Below are positions 58,175-64,000 of a DNA stretch of 64,000 nucleotides, piece by piece. Each line of letters begins with the position of its first letter. Position 1 is the first letter of the stretch. The notes under the pieces were generated by a model that worked only from the letters and a program-made list of their open reading frames with translations, was not told where the DNA came from and did no database searches. A program made the position numbers and the translations under genes. Origin of the DNA: Candidatus Woesebacteria bacterium (lineage in GTDB: Bacteria; Patescibacteriota; Microgenomatia; UBA8517); NCBI GenBank assembly GCA_016432525.1, contig CP066693.1, positions 352,815 through 416,814 on the forward strand, read 5' to 3'.

Positions 58175-60940
58175 ATGTCAACTCTTAAACGTTTGTTGCC
58201 TTTTGTAACTCTGTCGGTGTTACTTCTAATTCAGATGAAAATTCAAGCTCAAGGGGGAACACCTCATCCACCCAATCTTTTAAGTCCTGCCGATGGGACA
58301 ACTCTTAATTCTGGATCAGTCCAGATATGTGCTACAGCTTCTGATAATATTACAACTGAAATCCAATTCGAACTTTATCCAAGCTCGGAAAATGATTTTC
58401 AAACTGGATATCAGAAGGCAAATCCACAAGGTAGTCCTACATGCACAACCATTAATGTTCCCAATGGAACGTATGGCTGGCACGCAAGAGGAAAGAATGG
58501 CGCTGGAGAAGGAGGTGCTTCACCTGAGTGGAAATTCATAGTTCAAGTTGGAAATGCACCACCTCCCACTCGTGTTCCAGGTCCACAACAGCCAACAGCT
58601 GTTCCTGATGTTGGGCCGGATTTTAGCTATAGCTTTAGTCCAGCCAATGGAACAAATGTTGGACAGACTGTGACAATCCACATTACCGTGAATTGTAGTC
58701 CAAATTGTGGTGAGGTTGATACTACACCAAGTTGCGGTGGTGGCGATCAGCCAGTTAATACATCTGGAGATTTTGATTATCATTGGAATACAAATGGTTG
58801 TAATGCTGGTGGGCAATCAATTTCGACTTGTTCAAAGGCAATCTCTGATCCACAAGGCACAAGAAGAAAATGCAAGAATCCCGGCTACGAGCTGATTGGT
58901 TCTGCACCTTCTGGAAGTCCTGTCATCAATAGCTTTACAACAGACAATACTACGACGACAGGAGAATGCACCACGCTTCGTTGGTCAACAAGCAATGCGA
59001 CATCCGTTGTCATTAATGGTCAAAGCGTTGCTGGAAGTGGCTCTATGCAAGTCTGTCCAAAGACAAGCCAACAATTTGGACTGCGGGCGAGTAACGGTAA
59101 TGGAAATGATGCAACAGCTAACGTTGTCATTCAAGTGAATAATTCTTCAATTCCACCCGTAAGCTCTAGTTCAAGCGGCGGGGGACCACAAGTTGGACCT
59201 GCTCAAGATAGTCAAGTTCCACAAAACGCAAAGCAAAACAACACTCCAGGCGGTGTTGATCTAATTGTTTATTGCTATGCAAAAGGGTTTACCAATGCAG
59301 GTAATGACAACAACAGTCGTGATGGTTGGTACTGTAATGGTCCAACTTTTTGGAGAGTGGATTGGGGACAAGCCTGTTTCGACGTCTATGGTCCTGATTA
59401 TATCGCTGTCAATAGCGATAACAGCAGGAATGGCTGGAGATGTATGCCAAAGGGCAACAGTGGAGAACAAATAAATCCACCTCCTCAACAGCAAAATTCA
59501 AGTTGCGGGCCTTCAGTAAGTAGACTGCATCCTGGAGATATTGCATTGGTCTCAGATTTCGATCCGGATCCACTACATGTTTACAATACTTCGAATTTAA
59601 ACTCTGGCGAAATTTTCAGTGTTTCCATTCGAGAAAAAGTAAGCATCGTCTCAGGTCCAAAATGTGCAGACAATCGCACTTGGGTTGAAATTGGCTACAA
59701 TGGTAAAGATGGTTGGGCAATTGAGGTAAACCGAAATGGTACTTACAATCTAATTCCAAACGGAATGCCTCTTCCAGGCTCATCTCAGCCCAACAATCAA
59801 TCCAACAACCAACAAGAATCCTCAAATAATTGTGGTGGTTTATCATCACAGTTATCGATAGGACTATCTGTTGTTGTCACATCTGTAGGTGATGATCTGG
59901 TTTTACACACAAACCCAGGTGTATCGCAACCCCAGATGGACATCATATCTACCGGTACACAAGGATCAGTAGTTGGAGGTCCAACTTGCGCTGACGGATA
60001 TCGTTGGTGGCAACTGAATATCAAAGGAAAGACTGGATGGACGGCAGAAGGAGATAGTAAGTCATACTGGTTAGAAGCAAGCCAATCCGCTCAAGTTCCT
60101 CAACCCACAGCGGTTCCATCAGTCAGACCAACGGTAACAACAAAATCACAACAGAATCAAAATACAAAACAAACAACAATAAATTGTCTTGAAATTGGAT
60201 ACTCTCCCGGAATCGTACCTCAGGCATACGCAGCAGAACTGTGGTGTACTCAATATGTCGAAAAAATCTATCCAGATTTAGTCGATAGCTGTTGGGGCGG
60301 TGCCTATCCTGATGCATATCTCTGGGCACAAAAAGCAAGAGATACTGCACAGAAATGCAATTTAGAAGTATCCGATTCAAGTGATATTCGAAATGGTGAC
60401 ATCGTAGTCTGGGGACCGAACTGCGGATTTACAAGTGAAAAAGCTGGACCAATAGGCCACGTTGCGGTTGTCAAATCTCATGAAAATGGAACAATTACCG
60501 TCGATGAAGCTAAATGGGAAGTTTCCCAACCCACAAGACGCGTAGATCCAAGTTGTATGACTTTTATCCATATTCTCAAAAAACAAAACGGAAGTAATCA
60601 GCAATCGGAAAATCAACAAAAAAATACTTCCGAAAATGGTATTGCCAGTGGAAACACAAAGGCAACAAATATCAGATGGAGTTTTTGTATATGGTGTACG
60701 TCAAACGCCTGGATCGAATTCCAATTACCAGCCGGTCACTATGACAAGACAAATTTTAGACTAAGATTCACAGGAAAAGACATTATCGTGGACGATTTCT
60801 CTATCATCTCTGGTGATTCTGTAGATAAAATTTCTCTACATGTCAATGCAGAAGTGATCCAACAACAAATTGATGCTGGCCTAGGTGACAAACTTAATAA
60901 TCCGGACAATTGGATTCTGTACTATGTAATCACAAAGTAA
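58175..60940 (+). CDS. Large secreted multidomain protein with C-terminal CHAP amidase/peptidase domain and two SH3-like domains
   Basis: Signal peptide. Ig/FN3-like Thr/Gly-rich repeats. Two SH3_3-like segments (GDIALVSDF...GKDGWAIE; GDDLVLHTNPG...GKTGWTAE). CHAP catalytic Cys (WCTQYVEKIYPD) and His (GDIVVWGP...GPIGHVAVV). G+C visibly above the flanks. Confidence 0.7.
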   Translation: MSTLKRLLPFVTLSVLLLIQMKIQAQGGTPHPPNLLSPADGTTLNSGSVQICATASDNITTEIQFELYPSSENDFQTGYQKANPQGSPTCTTINVPNGTYGWHARGKNGAGEGGASPEWKFIVQVGNAPPPTRVPGPQQPTAVPDVGPDFSYSFSPANGTNVGQTVTIHITVNCSPNCGEVDTTPSCGGGDQPVNTSGDFDYHWNTNGCNAGGQSISTCSKAISDPQGTRRKCKNPGYELIGSAPSGSPVINSFTTDNTTTTGECTTLRWSTSNATSVVINGQSVAGSGSMQVCPKTSQQFGLRASNGNGNDATANVVIQVNNSSIPPVSSSSSGGGPQVGPAQDSQVPQNAKQNNTPGGVDLIVYCYAKGFTNAGNDNNSRDGWYCNGPTFWRVDWGQACFDVYGPDYIAVNSDNSRNGWRCMPKGNSGEQINPPPQQQNSSCGPSVSRLHPGDIALVSDFDPDPLHVYNTSNLNSGEIFSVSIREKVSIVSGPKCADNRTWVEIGYNGKDGWAIEVNRNGTYNLIPNGMPLPGSSQPNNQSNNQQESSNNCGGLSSQLSIGLSVVVTSVGDDLVLHTNPGVSQPQMDIISTGTQGSVVGGPTCADGYRWWQLNIKGKTGWTAEGDSKSYWLEASQSAQVPQPTAVPSVRPTVTTKSQQNQNTKQTTINCLEIGYSPGIVPQAYAAELWCTQYVEKIYPDLVDSCWGGAYPDAYLWAQKARDTAQKCNLEVSDSSDIRNGDIVVWGPNCGFTSEKAGPIGHVAVVKSHENGTITVDEAKWEVSQPTRRVDPSCMTFIHILKKQNGSNQQSENQQKNTSENGIASGNTKATNIRWSFCIWCTSNAWIEFQLPAGHYDKTNFRLRFTGKDIIVDDFSIISGDSVDKISLHVNAEVIQQQIDAGLGDKLNNPDNWILYYVITK

Positions 60941-61006
60941 CGCTAGTGTGAAGACTAAGCAGTAGATTCATATTTATTATTCCAAATTTGGAGTAATTAA
61001 TTCTAT

Positions 61007-61501
61007 CTACTGCTTGCTATTTAATTGAAATGTTGAAAAGATCTTACTCAGGAGATCTGGTTCTATGTCTTCAGCCCAGAAAGCAATTACAGTATTATTT
61101 GATAAATTTCTAGGTAAATTTAAAACTCCCATTTTCCAGATTCCATTTATCTTTCCATAGCATGCTTCTCCAATCTGATTTCCAACATTGAATGTTTTTC
61201 TGTACTGCGTATCGCAAATATCTCCACCCACTCCTTGTGTGGTGCAGCTTATGGTAAACGTCATATTGTTTTTTGTGAGATCGTAATATACAGAATTCTT
61301 GGTCAAAAGTTCTGATCCTAAATCTCTTTTTTTTGTATTCCACTGTCCAGGTAATTCGATAGAGTATTGATAATCCGATAAATTTGGTCCACACCCTTGA
61401 AAAGAATATTTTTTCCAATAGTAATCTTTAAAATAAATACCACCAGCGATAGATATAATCACTAAGGCTGTAGTCAAAATAAAAAGTCTTTTCATACCCA
61501 A
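61007..61501 (-). CDS. Secreted hypothetical protein (164 aa)
   Basis: TM/signal anchor ILTTALVIISIAGGIYF. Cys-containing. Confidence 0.4.
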   Translation of the reverse strand: MGMKRLFILTTALVIISIAGGIYFKDYYWKKYSFQGCGPNLSDYQYSIELPGQWNTKKRDLGSELLTKNSVYYDLTKNNMTFTISCTTQGVGGDICDTQYRKTFNVGNQIGEACYGKINGIWKMGVLNLPRNLSNNTVIAFWAEDIEPDLLSKIFSTFQLNSKQ

Positions 61502-61518
61502 TTATACCAGAATTAAGC

Positions 61519-62682
61519 TTATTTTTCTCTTTTATAATACCTTTTACCTCTTATTTTTTCAGGTAACAAACTTTCTTTTGAATACATCTCATATCCTTTT
61601 CCATAATTAAGTTCTTTCATTAACTTTGTTGGTGCATTTCGAATATTTAGTGGAACTGGCAAGTTTCCATATTTTTTAACATCACCTAGAGCTGCCATAT
61701 AAGCATCGTATGCAGATCTATCTTTTTTTGCCAATGCTAAATATACAACTCCATGTGCTAAATTTTCCTGACATTCTGGGTATCCTATTGTCTCACAAGC
61801 TCGAAACACTTCATTTGCAACAACTAGAGCTGTTGGCTGAGCCATTCCAATATCTTCAGATGCAAAAACAACCATTCGTCTTGCAATATACAAAGGATCT
61901 TGCCCAGCCTCAATCATCCTTGCCAAATAATACAAAGCTGCATCCACGTTAGATGCTCTCATACTCTTTATAAATGCTGAAATCACGTTATAAAATTCCT
62001 CTCCTTGCTTGTCAAAATTAAGTTGTCGCCTTTGTAGAGCCTCCTCGATATCTGAAACTTTTAAATTTTTATTTCTAGTTAAATTTCCTGCAATCTCCAA
62101 AACATTTAGTAAAACTCTTGCATCTCCATTTGATGCTTCAATTAAAAATTCTTTTGCTTTTACATCAATCTTTATTTTTAATTTTTTCTCACCTTTGGTT
62201 AATATTTTTGAAAGATCTTCCTTACTGTGCTCTTTCAAAACCAATACTCTTGACCTTGATAAAAGTGGAGCAATCACCTCAAATGAAGGATTTTCAGTTG
62301 TCGCCCCAATTAGTATTATTTCTCCTTTTTCAACAAAAGGTAAAAGTTTATCCTGTTGTGCTTTGTTAAATCTGTGAATTTCATCAATGAAGACAACCGG
62401 AGCAGTTTCTTTTTTATCTTTAATAGCTTTTTGAATTTCTTTTATAGAAGCAGATACAGCCGAAAACTCATAAAATTCGCGAGAAAGCTCATTTGCAATA
62501 ATCCGAGCAAGGGTCGTTTTTCCAGATCCAGGAGGTCCCCAAAAAATTATTGAAGGAAAAAAATGAGTTTTTTTGGCGCCTTCCAAAAGCTTGTTAATAA
62601 TTTTGTCTTTGCCAACAATTTGCGTTTGACCAATATACTCAGATATCCTTTTAGGTCTTAAAAGCTCGGGTAATGGAGTCAT
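61519..62682 (-). CDS. rarA: Replication-associated recombination protein A (AAA+ ATPase)
   Basis: Walker A FWGPPGSGKTTLARIIA, Walker B VVFIDEIHRFNKAQQD, sensor LIGATTENPSFEV, MgsA C-terminal helical domain. Confidence 0.85.
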   Translation of the reverse strand: MTPLPELLRPKRISEYIGQTQIVGKDKIINKLLEGAKKTHFFPSIIFWGPPGSGKTTLARIIANELSREFYEFSAVSASIKEIQKAIKDKKETAPVVFIDEIHRFNKAQQDKLLPFVEKGEIILIGATTENPSFEVIAPLLSRSRVLVLKEHSKEDLSKILTKGEKKLKIKIDVKAKEFLIEASNGDARVLLNVLEIAGNLTRNKNLKVSDIEEALQRRQLNFDKQGEEFYNVISAFIKSMRASNVDAALYYLARMIEAGQDPLYIARRMVVFASEDIGMAQPTALVVANEVFRACETIGYPECQENLAHGVVYLALAKKDRSAYDAYMAALGDVKKYGNLPVPLNIRNAPTKLMKELNYGKGYEMYSKESLLPEKIRGKRYYKREK

Positions 62683-62727
62683 ATTTTTGGTATAATTAGT
62701 ATAATCCTAAGAAAAGGCGAAGAAAAG

Positions 62728-64000
62728 ATGAAAAAACCAAAAATAACTTTTAGCCATTTCGGACAATTATGGTTTACTCTAAAAGAGGTAGTAAAGCTTG
62801 CAGCCAGAACCAACCCCAAACTTCTTGTTGTCATTTTAATTCTTAATGCAGCCTGGGGTTTTTCATCAGTTCCCGGATTTTATTTAGAAAAATTAGTAAT
62901 TGATCGTTTAGTCCAATCTGTTGGCAATCACAATGCCCGTCCTATTATTATTGGAATCGCGGTTCTTGTTGCTTTAAGGCTAATTCTCGAATTTGTCCGA
63001 AATGTTTTAAGTAGCATCAATAATTTTCTTGATCGATTTTTATCTCGAAGATTCAGTGCTGAACTAGATATTTTAATGGCAGAAAAATTCTCGGAGCTTG
63101 ATCTTGCATCAATTGAAGATCCAGATTTTAGAGATAAATTCGATAAGATCGAAAGAGAGTCAGGTCGGCGCGCATGGGGTCTTATGTCACCAATATCAGA
63201 TATTCCAAATTATTTAGTTGGATTCATATCCGCGCTAGGAGTCGTTTTTTTCTTAAGCCCTCTGGTTACAGTAGGGATCATTCTAGTATCTATCCCTCAA
63301 TTTTTCTTTAACTCCAAATTTATAAAATCTGAATATGATCTTAACTCAAAACTTTCACCTCAATATCGTTTATGGGGGTGGTTAAGCTATTTCTTGGTAA
63401 GAAATCACAACTTCATGGAGCTTAAAATCCTAAATCTTTCTCCTTATCTTTCAGAAAAGCTAGAAAAATTGATTAATGAGATAATAAAAGAAGAAGAACA
63501 TCTTCAAATAAAAAGACAATCATCTCGTTTATTGGGTTTTATACCTCTTTCTATGTATGAATTACTTTTTGCTGTATGGTTGGCAACTCTGGTGATTGCC
63601 AAAAAAATAACTGTCGGTTCTTTTGATCTTTATTTAAGGTCAATTCGATCTGCTCAGTCAAACTTAACTGGCCTTGTCTCGTCATTTATTGATATATATG
63701 AAAATTATATCTACGTAAATGATCTTATCTGGTTTCTCAATCTAAAGCCTCAAATGCAATTCACTGGAAAAGAAATTGTCAAAGAAGGGCCTGTCGAAAT
63801 TGCGTTTAAAAATGTGTGGTTTAGATACAGAGAAGATAAACCTTGGATTCTTAAAGAGTTAAATTTTCTAATCCGTCCAGGTGAAAAAATAGCAATCGTT
63901 GGAAAAAATGGAGCAGGCAAGTCTACCCTCATAAAACTACTTGCTCGCTTTTATGATCCCGCAAAAGGGGAAGTAATCATAAACGGTAACGATCTAAAAG
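62728..64000 (+). CDS. ABC exporter, fused permease/ATP-binding protein (MsbA-like), 3'-partial at the window edge
   Basis: 6-TM ABC_membrane domain then the start of the NBD with Walker A GKNGAGKST. ORF runs off the window. Confidence 0.75.
   Translation, partial: MKKPKITFSHFGQLWFTLKEVVKLAARTNPKLLVVILILNAAWGFSSVPGFYLEKLVIDRLVQSVGNHNARPIIIGIAVLVALRLILEFVRNVLSSINNFLDRFLSRRFSAELDILMAEKFSELDLASIEDPDFRDKFDKIERESGRRAWGLMSPISDIPNYLVGFISALGVVFFLSPLVTVGIILVSIPQFFFNSKFIKSEYDLNSKLSPQYRLWGWLSYFLVRNHNFMELKILNLSPYLSEKLEKLINEIIKEEEHLQIKRQSSRLLGFIPLSMYELLFAVWLATLVIAKKITVGSFDLYLRSIRSAQSNLTGLVSSFIDIYENYIYVNDLIWFLNLKPQMQFTGKEIVKEGPVEIAFKNVWFRYREDKPWILKELNFLIRPGEKIAIVGKNGAGKSTLIKLLARFYDPAKGEVIINGNDLK

Noticed and set aside
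1-64000. Alternative genetic code (TGA as Gly, code 25, as in some CPR lineages)
   Set aside because: Long conserved genes (lon, lysS, serS, copA, helicase) are intact with the standard code, and several end in TGA, e.g. sodA, AdoMetDC and the cupredoxin gene (recombinase and helicase end in TAA). There are no in-frame TGAs inside conserved domains.
1-64000. CRISPR arrays, rRNA genes, IS elements/transposases
   Set aside because: No regularly spaced direct repeats, no rRNA-like conserved stretches, and no DDE/HUH transposase motifs were seen in any frame. The only recombinase is the serine integrase at 28371-30062.

Overview
This 64-kb window looks like a low-G+C (roughly 30-35% by eye), gene-dense bacterial chromosome with a reduced, scavenging lifestyle, possibly Patescibacteria/CPR-like (inference). 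The standard genetic code applies: TGA terminates ordinary genes. The backbone carries housekeeping genes (lon, truB, sodA, dgkA, uppP, greA, lysS, serS, rarA), a MacAB-type efflux set, a polyamine pair (DUF43/BpsA-like aminopropyltransferase plus AdoMetDC), a copper/zinc homeostasis cluster (copZ, cupredoxin proteins, CcdA-like, a two-component system, copA, znuABC-like), a lamin-tail-domain protein, and a large secreted CHAP/SH3 hydrolase. Three blocks have visibly higher G+C and read as horizontally acquired. (1) ~430-9320, ending at tRNA-Gln(CUG): a 794-aa, a 426-aa and a 182-aa protein with no recognisable motifs, plus a 1408-aa DEAH/RHA helicase with an N-terminal zinc ribbon and tandem C-terminal S1 domains. 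There is no integrase. This is the best candidate for an undescribed helicase-centred (defence-like?) system. (2) 25446-27506: a secreted MTA/SAH-nucleosidase-like domain fused to a BMP/PnrA nucleoside-binding domain. (3) ~28336-37800, starting at tRNA-Glu(CUC): an integrative element whose large serine recombinase overlaps the tRNA 3' end. Its cargo is a Zn-ribbon protein, a membrane-anchored thermonuclease-Excalibur fusion, an XRE regulator, a phage-like HTH protein, an Rx4H HEPN-like protein, a TIGR02391/Abi_C-like protein, an HDAC-family deacetylase, a peptidase-like hydrolase and a frameshifted GNAT. No CRISPR array, rRNA or transposase was seen. All calls rest on reading motifs in the ORF translations and the DNA; no database searches were run.
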